Assembly (NCBI GenBank): GCA_963666425.2
Contig: OY762825.2
Coordinates: 800,001-864,000, forward strand
From: Bacillota bacterium
Lineage (GTDB): Bacteria; Bacillota; JAAYKD01
Reading direction: 5' to 3'
Length of the DNA: 64,000 nucleotides
The position numbers and the translations under genes are program-made. This document shows positions 39,946 to 50,851 of this stretch, one piece after another. A model generated the notes under the pieces. It did not search any database. It was given only the letters and a program-made list of their open reading frames with translations, and was not told the origin of the DNA. Within the stretch, counting starts at the first letter, position 1. The number at the start of each line of letters is the position of its first letter.

Positions 39946-42900
39946 TTAAGGTAATTGGACTTCAATTGTCTGACCTAAAGCCACGATTTTAATAGAAGTT
40001 ACTGCCGTTCCTGAGTTAACTCTCACGAGACCTGCTATCACTTCGAAAGGATTTGAAACATTATTTACTAATACTTGTGTAACATCTTCAGGCGTTGCAC
40101 CCGTTACCTGCACATTGTAAGATTCAATTCCAAACACTACCCCTACCAATGTAGCCGTTGCTGTAATTATTCCAGTCGGGACATTGATTGTTTGCCCAAG
40201 AACTACTATTTGTACTGAAGCAACTACAGTTGTAGATGGAGAATTAAACCTTACTACACCGCCTATAATTTGGAATGTTTTGGTAGCGCTATTTACCAAT
40301 ACTTGAGTAACATCTTCTGGCGCTGCACCTGTTATCTGAATCTGATAGGATTTGACTCCCAATACCTCTCCAACTAATGTCAATGATCCCGTAATTACTG
40401 GAGCTGCAACAGATATATTGTAAGTTGCTGTCTTGCCACCGACGGTGATCGTCAGTGTTTGGCTGGCAGCGACTGCTGCGCTATTGAAGCCGGAGATATT
40501 CCCAGCCGTAATCGTCTCTGCCATGGTGCTGCTGTCACTGTAAGTACCGGTGATAACAAGACCCGTGAGATCAAGCGGATCGCCAACCGTATAAGCTGTC
40601 TTCGCTGCCGGTGTGGTGATTGCGATACTGCTCAGTGTGACAGGTGCTGCTGCGACAGATATATTGTATGTCGCTGTCTTGCCACCAATGGTGATCGTCA
40701 GCGTCTGGCTGGCAGCGACTGCTGCGCTATTGAAGCCGGAGATATTCCCAGCCGTAATCGTCTCAACCATGGTGCTGCTGTCACTGTAAGTTCCGGTGAC
40801 AACCAGACCTGTGAGATCAAGCGGATCGCCAACCGTATAAGCTGTCTTCGTTGCCGGTGTGGTGATTGCGATACTGCTCAGTGTGACAGGTGCTGCTGCA
40901 ACAGATATATTGTATGTCGCTGTCTTGCCACCGACGGTGATCGTCAGTGTCTGGCTGGCAGCGACTGCTGCGCTATTGAAGCCGGAGATATTCCCAGCAG
41001 TAATCGTCTCAACCATGGTGCTGCTGTCACTGTAAGTGCCGGTGACAACAAGACCTGTGAGGTCGAGCGGATCGCCAACCGTATAAGCTGTCTTCGTTGC
41101 CGGTGTGGTGATTGCGATACTGCTCAGTGTGACAGGTGCTGCTGCGATTGATATATTGTAAGTTGCTGTCTTGCCACCGACGGTGATCGTCAGTGTCTGG
41201 CTGGCAGCGACTGCTGCACTATTGAAGCCGGAGATATTCCCAGCAGTAATCGTCTCAACCATGGTGCTGCTGTCACTGTAAGTGCCGGTGACAACAAGAC
41301 CTGTGAGGTCGAGCGGATCGCCAACCGTATAAGCTGTCTTCGTTGCCGGTGTGGTGATTGCGATACTGCTCAGTGTGACAGGTGCTGCTGCGATTGATAT
41401 ATTGTAAGTTGCTGTCTTGCCACCGACGGTGATCGTCAGTGTCTGGCTGGCAGTGGCTGCCGAGCTGTTGAAGCCGGAGATGTTCCCAGCCGTAATCGTC
41501 TCAACCATGGTGCTGCTGTCACTGTAAGTGCCGGTGACAACCAGACCTGTGATGTCAAGCGGATCGCCAACCGTATAAGCTGTCTTCGCTGCCGGTGTGG
41601 TGATTGCGATACTGCTCAGTGTGACAGGTGCTGCTGCAACAGATATATTGTAGGTTGCTGTCTTGCCACCGACGGTGATCGTCAGTGTTTGGCTGGCAGC
41701 GACTGCTGCGCTATTGAAGCCGGAGATATTCCCAGCCGTAATCGTCTCAACCATGGTGCTGCTGTCACTGTAAGTACCGGTGATAACAAGACCCGTGAGA
41801 TCAAGCGGATCGCCAACCGTATAAGCTGTCTTCGCTGCCGGTGTGGTGATTGCGATACTGCTCAGTGTGACAGGTGCTGCTGCGATTGATATATTGTAAG
41901 TTGCTGTCTTGCCACCGACGGTGATCGTCAGTGTCTGGCTGGCAGCGACTGCTGCGCTATTGAAGCCGGAGATATTCCCAGCAGTAATCGTCTCAACCAT
42001 GGTGCTGCTGTCACTGTAAGTGCCGGTGACAACAAGACCTGTGAGGTCGAGCGGATCGCCAACCGTATAAGCTGTCTTCGTTGCCGGTGTGGTGATTGCG
42101 ATACTGCTCAGTGTGACAGGTGCTGCTGCGATTGATATATTGTAAGTTGCTGTCTTGCCACCGACGGTGATCGTCAGTGTCTGGCTGGCAGCGACTGCTG
42201 CGCTATTGAAGCCGGAGATATTCCCAGCAGTAATCGTCTCAACCATGGTGCTGCTGTCACTGTAAGTGCCGGTGACAACAAGACCTGTGAGGTCGAGCGG
42301 ATCGCCAACCGTATAAGCTGTCTTCGTTGCAGGTGTGGTGATTGCGATACTGCTCAGTGTGACAGGTGCTGCTGCGATTGATATATTGTAAGTTGCTGTC
42401 TTGCCACCGACGGTGATCGTCAGTGTCTGGCTGGCAGTGGCTGCCGAGCTGTTGAAGCCGGAGATGTTCCCAGCCGTAATCGTCTCAACCATGGTGCTGC
42501 TGTCACTGTAAGTGCCGGTGACAACCAGACCTGTGATGTCAAGCGGATCGCCAACCGTATAAGCTGTCTTCGCTGCCGGTGTGATGATTGCGATACTGCT
42601 CAGTGTTGGTGTAACCACACCACCGCCTCCAACATCACCACCACCGTCACCACCGCCACTGCCGCCACCGCCAACACCGCCGCCACTGCCGCCACCGCCA
42701 ACACCGCCGCCACTGCCGCCACCGCCAACACCGCCGCCACCTGTTATGAGATCAAGCGAGGTTCCGTTTGAAAGATATAAATTTCCGCCAATTGTAACTT
42801 CCATATCTTTCGGAGCTATTGTTGTTGTCGGTGCTGATTCAAATGATGCTCCTGCTGCTGCAGGCAACAAATTGGCTCTTGTTATAATACCTGTTCCTGT

Positions 42901-43932
42901 AATTTCACCGGGGACGTTAAGTGTAAGCGTATTTATAGATGAGCCAGCAGTTAGAATCACGTGCTCTTCTGCATTAATTATGACATTATTAAATACACCT
43001 TCAAGGATGATATCATCACAATTGCTGCTGTCTCCGACTATTACAGTAGGAATTTCTATGCCGGCATCTGTAAAGACTCTAATACCATTACCAACTTTTT
43101 CGATGGTGATTGTACCTGTTACAGATGATCCGTTGATAATTTTTATAGAGTTTGGTCCGCCGCCATGTACAATTATATCCCCTGTCACCTTCACATTGTC
43201 GAGAGTGAATGTACCTTCCCCTACACCTGGAGCGATGAACAAAGTACCATTTATCATCATATCATGTAAAATCACATCTGAAGTATTAACCAAAACAAAA
43301 CCGGTAGCATCTTCAGAATAGGTTCCGGCAGTCGAGTAAAATGCTTTAATCAGGTTGTCGAACAGCATGACGATCTCGGCTCGTGTAATCGGATCGTTGG
43401 GATGTATTTTACCATCATCTCTGCCTATCATTATATTATTCGACTCAAGTGTGCCAACTGAAGACACGGCGTATGACGCAATGCTTGAAGCATCGACAGC
43501 TTTTATAATATACCCGCTGACAAGTTTGATATTAAAAGCTCGAACAATCATGGACGCTGCGTCTTGACGTGTGATATTACTAGTCGGCATTACATTACCA
43601 TCTCCAGTGCCAATGATAACACCAGCTGCATTCGCTCTCAGTACAGCATCTGTATAGTACGCAGAATCCAGATCTAAAAACTCTGTAGTTGAGATAATTT
43701 GATAATCCATCATGCGGTCAAGGATTACGGCAGTATCCGCACGGGTAATAAAATCATTTGGTCTGAATTCACCGTTATAACCACTAAGGATTCCGTTATC
43801 ACTCCACTTCGTTATAACTGATTCTGCCCAGTGATTTTTAGTATCTGCATATGCTGTTCTGCCTGTAGAAGCATACACCGTACCGGAGAAAAATAGAGCA
43901 ATGGTCAATATGAATGACAGCACTTTTTTCAT
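39946..43932 (-). CDS. S-layer homology (SLH) protein with nine tandem bacterial Ig-like repeats
   Basis: DTKNHWA, FRPNDFITRAD, ITRQD and ITRAE SLH motifs; Gly-rich linker; 82-aa repeats. Confidence 0.9.
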   Translation of the reverse strand: MKKVLSFILTIALFFSGTVYASTGRTAYADTKNHWAESVITKWSDNGILSGYNGEFRPNDFITRADTAVILDRMMDYQIISTTEFLDLDSAYYTDAVLRANAAGVIIGTGDGNVMPTSNITRQDAASMIVRAFNIKLVSGYIIKAVDASSIASYAVSSVGTLESNNIMIGRDDGKIHPNDPITRAEIVMLFDNLIKAFYSTAGTYSEDATGFVLVNTSDVILHDMMINGTLFIAPGVGEGTFTLDNVKVTGDIIVHGGGPNSIKIINGSSVTGTITIEKVGNGIRVFTDAGIEIPTVIVGDSSNCDDIILEGVFNNVIINAEEHVILTAGSSINTLTLNVPGEITGTGIITRANLLPAAAGASFESAPTTTIAPKDMEVTIGGNLYLSNGTSLDLITGGGGVGGGGSGGGVGGGGSGGGVGGGGSGGGDGGGDVGGGGVVTPTLSSIAIITPAAKTAYTVGDPLDITGLVVTGTYSDSSTMVETITAGNISGFNSSAATASQTLTITVGGKTATYNISIAAAPVTLSSIAITTPATKTAYTVGDPLDLTGLVVTGTYSDSSTMVETITAGNISGFNSAAVAASQTLTITVGGKTATYNISIAAAPVTLSSIAITTPATKTAYTVGDPLDLTGLVVTGTYSDSSTMVETITAGNISGFNSAAVAASQTLTITVGGKTATYNISIAAAPVTLSSIAITTPAAKTAYTVGDPLDLTGLVITGTYSDSSTMVETITAGNISGFNSAAVAASQTLTITVGGKTATYNISVAAAPVTLSSIAITTPAAKTAYTVGDPLDITGLVVTGTYSDSSTMVETITAGNISGFNSSAATASQTLTITVGGKTATYNISIAAAPVTLSSIAITTPATKTAYTVGDPLDLTGLVVTGTYSDSSTMVETITAGNISGFNSAAVAASQTLTITVGGKTATYNISIAAAPVTLSSIAITTPATKTAYTVGDPLDLTGLVVTGTYSDSSTMVETITAGNISGFNSAAVAASQTLTITVGGKTATYNISVAAAPVTLSSIAITTPATKTAYTVGDPLDLTGLVVTGTYSDSSTMVETITAGNISGFNSAAVAASQTLTITIGGKTATYNISVAAAPVTLSSIAITTPAAKTAYTVGDPLDLTGLVITGTYSDSSTMAETITAGNISGFNSAAVAASQTLTITVGGKTATYNISVAAPVITGSLTLVGEVLGVKSYQIQITGAAPEDVTQVLVNSATKTFQIIGGVVRFNSPSTTVVASVQIVVLGQTINVPTGIITATATLVGVVFGIESYNVQVTGATPEDVTQVLVNNVSNPFEVIAGLVRVNSGTAVTSIKIVALGQTIEVQLP
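40400..42606. repeat. Nine tandem 246-bp coding repeats
   Basis: GATACTGCTCAGTGT recurs about every 246 nt. Confidence 0.95.
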
Positions 43933-44076
43933 TTTTGCTTACCTCGTTTCAATATTTCATATTAAAAACAAATAATTGGGTAGATATCTTGCGACATCTA
44001 CCCAATTATCACGGTAATCAATATTTCCTGCAATATGATTTTGTATGCTGTTCTCACGAAAAATGTATGTTTTTGT

Positions 44077-45171
44077 CTAGCTATACACTTTATTCCTGTA
44101 TTCGTTGATTGTCATGCCAGTTGATTTTTTAAAAAGCTTTTTAAAATATTCATCATCCTTATAACCAAGTCTTTCTGAAATTTCGATATATTTTATGCCG
44201 CTTAAAATTAGCACCTTTGCACGTTCTATTTTTACATCAGTTATGTATTTAACAAGATTCATACCCGTTTTTTCTTTAAAAATCTGACTTATATATGTTC
44301 TTGTGATGAAAAGCCTAGACGATATTTCATTGACTGTGATATCATTATCGATATTTTCCAATATCGTTTTACAAACCATTCTGACCATGCTGCTATTATC
44401 AATACCTAGCTCATATTGACGAATTATTGAAAGAATTGTATCGACTTTGCTCACGAAGGCTTCTTTCATCAGCGAAATATCATCAAGCATTGAAAAGTCG
44501 CTCACTTTAAGTTCCTGAATATTATAAAACTTGTCTATCCACGAGAACTCAGTATAAATCGACTCAATTAGTTTCTTAGTCGATCGGTTGAGAGCAAGGG
44601 CCGTTTTGATAACATCAAAATTGATTTCCGAGTAAGTGCGGTCAACTAAATATGAAGCTGCCTCCGAGGCTTCCTGGTTGCCTTCACTAACTAAGCGCAG
44701 AACATTATCCATTTCTTCCTTAGGAAAAAATTCCTCGGAGTTTTCATGGAGTATTTTATCAAGGTAAGTGATTTTTGATACTTCAAGGCGCCGCTCACCG
44801 ATATATTTTTCGGCACGCAGAAGAGTTTTCAAAAGCTCTTCTGCGTTGACGGGTTTAAGCAAATATTCAAAAGCACCATTGGATAAGCCCTGTCGTGCGT
44901 ACTCAAAGTCACTGAATTGACTCATTAATATAACACATAGAGCGAGCTTATCTTCTGTGACTTTTTTAAGTAGCTCTAGTCCGTTTACAAGTGGCATACG
45001 TATATCCGTCAAAAGAAGGTCAACCGGGTTTTGATGTAGCTTTTGAAGAGCCTCTCGTCCGTTTGTAGCCTCTTCGACGATGACAAAGCCTGATGTCGCT
45101 CCCCATACCTTCATTGATCTGATTTCATTCCGGTAAACTTCGTAATCATCGACAATCATTGCATTGTACAT
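44077..45171 (-). CDS. Response regulator with AraC HTH (YesN-like)
   Basis: IVDD, DIRMP, YLLKP; C-terminal LGYKDDEYFKKLFKKSTG. Confidence 0.92.
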   Translation of the reverse strand: MYNAMIVDDYEVYRNEIRSMKVWGATSGFVIVEEATNGREALQKLHQNPVDLLLTDIRMPLVNGLELLKKVTEDKLALCVILMSQFSDFEYARQGLSNGAFEYLLKPVNAEELLKTLLRAEKYIGERRLEVSKITYLDKILHENSEEFFPKEEMDNVLRLVSEGNQEASEAASYLVDRTYSEINFDVIKTALALNRSTKKLIESIYTEFSWIDKFYNIQELKVSDFSMLDDISLMKEAFVSKVDTILSIIRQYELGIDNSSMVRMVCKTILENIDNDITVNEISSRLFITRTYISQIFKEKTGMNLVKYITDVKIERAKVLILSGIKYIEISERLGYKDDEYFKKLFKKSTGMTINEYRNKVYS

Positions 45172-48100
45172 TCAGTTTACCTCGTCAGAAGCAACCGGTA
45201 TCGTGAAATATACGGTTGTTCCGGCATTTGGCCTTCCGCTTATCCATGTCCGGCCGTTATGTTTTGCAATAATATTCCTGACTGCAGCTAAGCCAATGCC
45301 TTGACCTTCATATTCGTCAGTATTGTGAAGTCTTTCGAACGCACTAAAAAGCTTGCCTGCATATTCCATATCGATGCCTATACCATTATCTTTAATGCTG
45401 ATAACATACTCATTATTTTCCCTGCTACACCCAACAATAATTTTTGAAATTTCTCGATTAGTCGAAAACTTTAGCGCATTGGAAATGAGATTTGTTATGA
45501 CGTGATGAATCAAGGTTTTATCGGCAAAAATTTTGGGGATTCCGGTCTGAAAATCAAGAACTGAATTCACATACTTTTGTTTTTCATAAACGTCAATGAT
45601 CATTTTCTTAAGATCAATTGTTTCTTTTCTCAGCTCGATTCCAGTGAGCCTTTCATACTCCAACAGCTCTGAAATCATCTTGTTCATACCAGCACATAAA
45701 TCGATTATTTTCGCTGAATTCGTTGCAATATCAATATTTTCTTGGATCTGTTTGGAATACTTATTTATTTCCTGTAGCGGCATTTTAAGGTCATGGGTCA
45801 CAGTTAGTGAGAAGTTTTGAAGGGTTTTTATTGATTGATGTAACTCTTCGGTTCGTTCATTAACACGGGTTTCAAGAGAGGTGTTCAGTTTTATTATCTC
45901 TTGCTCAGCATTGATGCGTTCTGTGATATCTCTGCCAAACATCGTAATCTCTATCAGCTGAGAATCGATATAGACAGGATGGAATGAATAGGAAAAAACC
46001 CTATTATCCCGCGATATGCGGATGTCAACATGAAGTTCTCCTTCGGTTTTCACACGATCAAGCAACTCTATAAAGATGGAGAAAGTTTCTTCTGGAAAAG
46101 CTTCTTCGAGACTTAAGCCGGATTTAATTTCCATGCCATAAAATCCGCTGATAAAATCATTAACTGATTTATTCCAAAGAATTATTTTATAATCAGGATC
46201 AACTGACCATATAAAATCATCTGTACTGTTGATGATGTTTATAAGCTCCATTGTCCCTTTTTTAATTTCATTCTCAGCTTTAATCATTTCGGTAACATCA
46301 CGATTTGTTTCAAGAACTGTGTTAAGCCCCAGTTCATTGATTATGATCTGCTGTCGTGACTCTATGCAAAGCAATCGACCATCCTTTGTAGTATGGTCGA
46401 CAAGACCCTTCCATGAGCCATGTTCCAATAAAAGCGAACTGAGTTCCTTAAAATCAATCGGGTATCGAGAATTGAGTAATTTGTAAGGTAAACAACCAAC
46501 AGCAGCATCATCTTTATAGCCATAAATGTTTTCAGCGCCTTGATTCCAATAGATAATCGGACCATCCATGTAATATGCAAATATCGCTTCATTAGATAGA
46601 TCCAAAAGCTTTGCCTGCCGGTTTAGTATTTTATTCTGCTGTTGAAGCTGAACAATATGGTCTTCAATAGCATGTTGGGTTTTCATAAGCTCCGTGATAT
46701 CGTGATAAGATACAACTAATGCCATAAGTTTATTTTGGTCATCGAAGATAGGTATAGCTGTAACTTCAACGATTCTGCTCCATTTGCCGCGTTCAATAAT
46801 GATTCGTTCATTGCGGACTGACTCGCCCCTGAAAGCACGCCGTGTCGGGAAATCATCAAACGACTTAACATTTCGTTCGAGGTCAAGACAGCGATATCCC
46901 TCAAAAATACTGTGTACTGATGTTTGGCTGGTTATATGATCCGGAAACATTGACCGGGCTTGAACGTTTACAGATGTTATATTGCCGTCACAATCATATA
47001 CCAAAAGAGCATCATGCATATTTTCAATGATAGCATACTGAAGCTTGTTTTGATATCGAATTTCTGCTTCCATTTTATTGCGTTGCGTGATATCTCGACA
47101 TAATTCAAGCACGATTTTATTACCATCTTCATCGATGTACATTTGCTTTGCTGTTTCAATACAGAGCAGTCTGCCATCTTTTGTTGTATGTATGATTTCC
47201 CCGATCCATTTTTCGTTATTTTCCAACAGGTACAGTGTTTCCTCCATGCCGATGGGACGTGTTGTCTGAAGAAGCACATCGTTTAATTGACCGATTGCTT
47301 CTTCAGCCAGATACCCGTACATGAGCTCGGCGCCTTTGTTCCAGTAAAAAATAGTACCATTCAAGTCCCAAGCAAAAATCGCTTCATGGGAAAGGTTCAG
47401 AAGCCTTGACTGCCTGTTTAAAATTTTATATTGTTGATTAAGCAACCCTAAATGCTCTTTGATGGTTAAGCCATCAGCGATTGTTTGATGAGATAAAGAA
47501 CTGTTCTGTTCAAATAGCAGAAGCTCGGTCTGCTTTATTTCTCTGAAAATCAGGTCGTATGGTTCTCGAATACCCGTTTGGACGATAGCTTTGTAAATAA
47601 AGAAAAAAGAGAATATTTTAAAATAATGCCCAAACAAATTTGTTAATCCGTAATTATTGATATATGTTGTAAAACAAGCCTCTGATGCTATCGTAAGAAG
47701 GATGGATAAAAGTAAGAATTTATAGACTTTACTTTCGAATGAATCTTTATTTTTATGTAGTACAAAAATTGTAGCTAAAAGAATTGTAATAATGATATAT
47801 TCACTGATAATTTTGAACTGAGTTTGTCCTACTCCGTCAATAAACGCGATGGGAAAATTATGCCATACAAAAACAGAAAGAAGAATTAACGTAGTGAAAA
47901 TAGTATAAACGGTAAATAAAAGATAAATATTCACTTTTTTAGTCGACTTTATAAGTATGAAGGAAAATAAAAGTATAATACTTTCAAAATATCTGGCTGC
48001 AATCCATAATTGGTTCGCGTGATAACTAGAATCCAGAAAAATTGTCATACCCTCATATGCTGCAGTATGGAATAAATCCAGGCAACCAATAAATAAATAC

Positions 48101-48303
48101 GCGAATCCTATCATTAATAAATAGTTATTTTTTAAAACGCTTGCCGAATTCCACGTTATAATAAAAACAGTAATGGCAATACATATGCTGAAAACTTCTG
48201 CAAACATATGGAACAAAAGATAATTGTAAAGACTACTATAATATAATAGAATTAATATGGCAACAGCAATAATAATACTACTACTTTTCTTAATATAACT
48301 CAT
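45172..48303 (-). CDS. Sensor histidine kinase with MASE3-like membrane domain and multiple PAS domains
   Basis: LLFHMFAE, LDLFH, WIAARY TM region; PAS repeats (YWNKGAE, YWNQGAE); THDLKMP, NLISNALKF, DNGIG, GIGLA. Confidence 0.9.
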   Translation of the reverse strand: MSYIKKSSSIIIAVAILILLYYSSLYNYLLFHMFAEVFSICIAITVFIITWNSASVLKNNYLLMIGFAYLFIGCLDLFHTAAYEGMTIFLDSSYHANQLWIAARYFESIILLFSFILIKSTKKVNIYLLFTVYTIFTTLILLSVFVWHNFPIAFIDGVGQTQFKIISEYIIITILLATIFVLHKNKDSFESKVYKFLLLSILLTIASEACFTTYINNYGLTNLFGHYFKIFSFFFIYKAIVQTGIREPYDLIFREIKQTELLLFEQNSSLSHQTIADGLTIKEHLGLLNQQYKILNRQSRLLNLSHEAIFAWDLNGTIFYWNKGAELMYGYLAEEAIGQLNDVLLQTTRPIGMEETLYLLENNEKWIGEIIHTTKDGRLLCIETAKQMYIDEDGNKIVLELCRDITQRNKMEAEIRYQNKLQYAIIENMHDALLVYDCDGNITSVNVQARSMFPDHITSQTSVHSIFEGYRCLDLERNVKSFDDFPTRRAFRGESVRNERIIIERGKWSRIVEVTAIPIFDDQNKLMALVVSYHDITELMKTQHAIEDHIVQLQQQNKILNRQAKLLDLSNEAIFAYYMDGPIIYWNQGAENIYGYKDDAAVGCLPYKLLNSRYPIDFKELSSLLLEHGSWKGLVDHTTKDGRLLCIESRQQIIINELGLNTVLETNRDVTEMIKAENEIKKGTMELINIINSTDDFIWSVDPDYKIILWNKSVNDFISGFYGMEIKSGLSLEEAFPEETFSIFIELLDRVKTEGELHVDIRISRDNRVFSYSFHPVYIDSQLIEITMFGRDITERINAEQEIIKLNTSLETRVNERTEELHQSIKTLQNFSLTVTHDLKMPLQEINKYSKQIQENIDIATNSAKIIDLCAGMNKMISELLEYERLTGIELRKETIDLKKMIIDVYEKQKYVNSVLDFQTGIPKIFADKTLIHHVITNLISNALKFSTNREISKIIVGCSRENNEYVISIKDNGIGIDMEYAGKLFSAFERLHNTDEYEGQGIGLAAVRNIIAKHNGRTWISGRPNAGTTVYFTIPVASDEVN

Positions 48304-48440
48304 ATCTACCTTCTCCTGTTCATCTGATAAACCGAATATTCTGGCCACTCCCATGCTTGTTCGCACAGAAGTTTTTGAGTAATCCGGAGTAAAATTCCTA
48401 CGGGGGTGCGGATGTTTTCTTGCACCTTTTTGCCCGGAAT

Positions 48441-48648
48441 CTACTCCACAATATCGCTGAAGTCGGTATTCAGTACTCGACATATTCTTTCGACCGTTGT
48501 GAGCGTAATGGGCTCATCCCGACACATCTTTGTGAGTGTCTGTGGACACTTCTCTACAGCCTTGCGAAGATCGGACTTAGTCATCTTTTCTATCAATCAG
48601 GAGCTTCTATAGTCTGTTATATGAAATAGCCTTATGGTTACTTCCCAT
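48441..48648 (-). pseudogene. Cro/C1-type HTH regulator pseudogene
   Basis: ISYNRL*KLLIDRK, then frameshifted MTKSDLRKAV...TLTTVERICRVLNTDFSDIVE*. Confidence 0.7.
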
Positions 48649-49001
48649 ATAATCAGATATTTTATTATACTACAAATTATCTGTATTTTCAACGTAACTT
48701 CACACATTTATGCGAATGCCTAACCCCTCATTCGTATGAGGATGATATGTTATAAAGGCTCGGTTTGCAAGACACACAAAAAGTATTTCTTAATGAACCA
48801 TATAATGGTAAATCATAACCTTGTTTGCTCGTGATTATTTATAGTCTCAATTGCGTAGCCGCCGGTAGGATAACCTTGAGGCTGCTACAGTGTAAATGAT
48901 ACAATAATTTAAGCGGGCAAGAGAAACCATCCATCATAACCCCGTCTCGCCCGCAAGAAAGCCGAAACATTTACACTGGCAGGGTCAAGGTCGGCGGTGG
49001 A

Positions 49002-49898
49002 TCAGGCGCTCTTTTTCAATAGGACTGGCTGGTAAACTTTTGCAGGAGCTTGGTAGTCCAAGGCGGAGTGCAAGCGCTCGTAATTGTAGGTATAGATAAA
49101 AGCAGCTATTTGTTGCCTGGCTTCTTTTATGTTGAGATACTCTTTCAGATAAACCTCTTCATACTTCAGCGTGCGGAACCAACGTTCTATTAAAATATTG
49201 TCTGCCCAGCGGCCTTTACCATCCATGCTGATCTGAATCTGGTTGGCTTTTAGAAAGTCGGTGTAATCATGACTGGTAAATTGGCTGCCTTGATCCGAGT
49301 TCAATACCTTCGGTTTCCCCATGGCCAGGGCTTTCTCTACTGCACGTAAAACCATTGGTGTTGCTAAGGTATCATCTAGTTCCCAGCCCACAATACAACG
49401 ACTGTGCCAGTCAATGATTGCAGTCAAGTAAATAAAGCCATGCTTCAAGCGTATATAGGTGATATCAATAGACCAAGCTTGATTGATTCGATTTATCTGC
49501 GCGTTTTTCAGTAAATAGGGGTAAATTTCGTGACCCTTTACGGGTTTTGAGAGATCCGGCTTGGGGTAAATCACTCGAATTCCTATTTCTTCCATGTAGC
49601 GTCTGGTTTTGAGCCGGCCAACCAGTAAGTTACGATCTTTTAATTGTTTGGATAGCTGACGGGAACCCCATGTTGGATTCTTGGTATGGATCTCATCGAT
49701 GATCCGTTTCGCTTGCAGTTCTATTTCGCTTGGTCTGGCAGATATCCAATAGATTGAGGTCCGATTGACCTCAAGCAACTGGGCCATTGTCTGGATCGTC
49801 AGGTTCCCTTTTCCAGACTCAGCTTTTTGGGCGCGGAGTAAATTGACTTTCCCATTCAGGTCCAAGCAGCTGTTCAGATTTTTTTTTGAGCCAGTCAA
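49002..49898 (-). CDS. IS3 transposase OrfB (DDE integrase core)
   Basis: WSIDITY, NSDQGSQF, DNILIERWFRTLKYE. Confidence 0.93.
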   Translation of the reverse strand: MTGSKKNLNSCLDLNGKVNLLRAQKAESGKGNLTIQTMAQLLEVNRTSIYWISARPSEIELQAKRIIDEIHTKNPTWGSRQLSKQLKDRNLLVGRLKTRRYMEEIGIRVIYPKPDLSKPVKGHEIYPYLLKNAQINRINQAWSIDITYIRLKHGFIYLTAIIDWHSRCIVGWELDDTLATPMVLRAVEKALAMGKPKVLNSDQGSQFTSHDYTDFLKANQIQISMDGKGRWADNILIERWFRTLKYEEVYLKEYLNIKEARQQIAAFIYTYNYERLHSALDYQAPAKVYQPVLLKKSA

Positions 49899-50157
49899 CC
49901 TGTGTGGTTAGCTGACCGATCTTCTTGTATAGCTCTTCTGTCTCCTGATGCTTGCTTTGTAATTCGCATCTAAGTTCTTCGGTCCGTTTATCTTCAAATG
50001 CAGCCGTTGCGTTTTTTAGAAACTCTGCTTTCCAATTGCGTATTTGGTTCGGGGCGAGCTCGTTTTCAGTGGCGATGATATTCAGTTCTTTTTCACCACG
50101 GAGCACTTCCAAGATGATCTTTGTCTTATACTCGGCACTAAAGGTTCTTCTCTTCAT
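49819..50157 (-). CDS. IS3 transposase OrfA
   Basis: RRTFSAEYKTKIILE...QIRNWK...LYKKIGQL...WLKKK. Confidence 0.92.
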   Translation of the reverse strand: MKRRTFSAEYKTKIILEVLRGEKELNIIATENELAPNQIRNWKAEFLKNATAAFEDKRTEELRCELQSKHQETEELYKKIGQLTTQVDWLKKKSEQLLGPEWESQFTPRPKS

Positions 50158-50567
50158 CTCTTCGACCTGCTTTCTTTCTTTGTATTCATTATAGCAGGTT
50201 CATCATCTTCATGCTCTCTTTTTGTCGAGTTTTCCTAGACCATTATACTTGATGATACGTTGAGCTTTGTGTTTAGGAATGGTAGTGAGGTAATTAGCTG
50301 AATACAGTTTGGTTTACCCGAATCGGATTTTGTGCATTTACAAAATTCGTATCAATATCATAAAACATATCATTATCATTATTTGAATCAAATTGTCTTT
50401 TTACGAGGTTGGCCAAATTGCGATTTGTGCTATATATCACAAATCCTTATTAATTCAATTGTGAAAGTAGAATAAAAACGTTAAAAAGGAAAACAAATCC
50501 TTGAATATTCGGAAATTTCACATGTGTATAATATGAATTTAATTGCACAATGTAGAAAAAATTAATA

Positions 50568-50596
50568 TTGACTATTTAGATTAAATTATGTATAAT
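50568..50596 (+). promoter_or_regulatory. Sigma-A promoter of the RiPP cluster
   Basis: TTGACT-17-TATAAT with extended TG. Confidence 0.8.
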
Positions 50597-50851
50597 TTTA
50601 CCGAATTTATGGGAAATATTACAATATGAGCGGACTGGAACTTTTCTATCAAGCATTTGCTTGGTATTGCAAATGCCTTTCTGGTGCTTAACATTTTAAT
50701 CTCTCTGTGTTTGGCATGAGCAAGGCGGTCGAAGTTTCGTTTATCCGCTCGGAAGGTTAATTCAATAATTCCCTAAGTTTTTTTGTTAGTCTGAATTTTT
50801 TTCGCGGATTAAAACAAGGGAAAATATGCATAGTTATGACTAAAAAGAGGG

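Larger units (their letters stand above)
48751..50247 (-). mobile_element. IS3-family insertion sequence, apparently complete
   Basis: orfA plus orfB with an A9 slippery site at 49879-49887; imperfect terminal IRs TATAATGGTCTAGG... and TATAAAGGCTCGG... Confidence 0.9.

Noticed and set aside
40459-41889. Cys-rich repeat ORFs on the + strand (possible RiPP precursors)
   Set aside because: Antisense translations of the Ig-like repeats
42581-43321. Proline-rich 246-aa ORF on the + strand
   Set aside because: Antisense shadow of the Gly-rich linker of the SLH protein
48304-48483. 60-aa N-terminal extension of the histidine kinase
   Set aside because: A good RBS precedes the ATG at 48303, and the extension overlaps an HTH pseudogene
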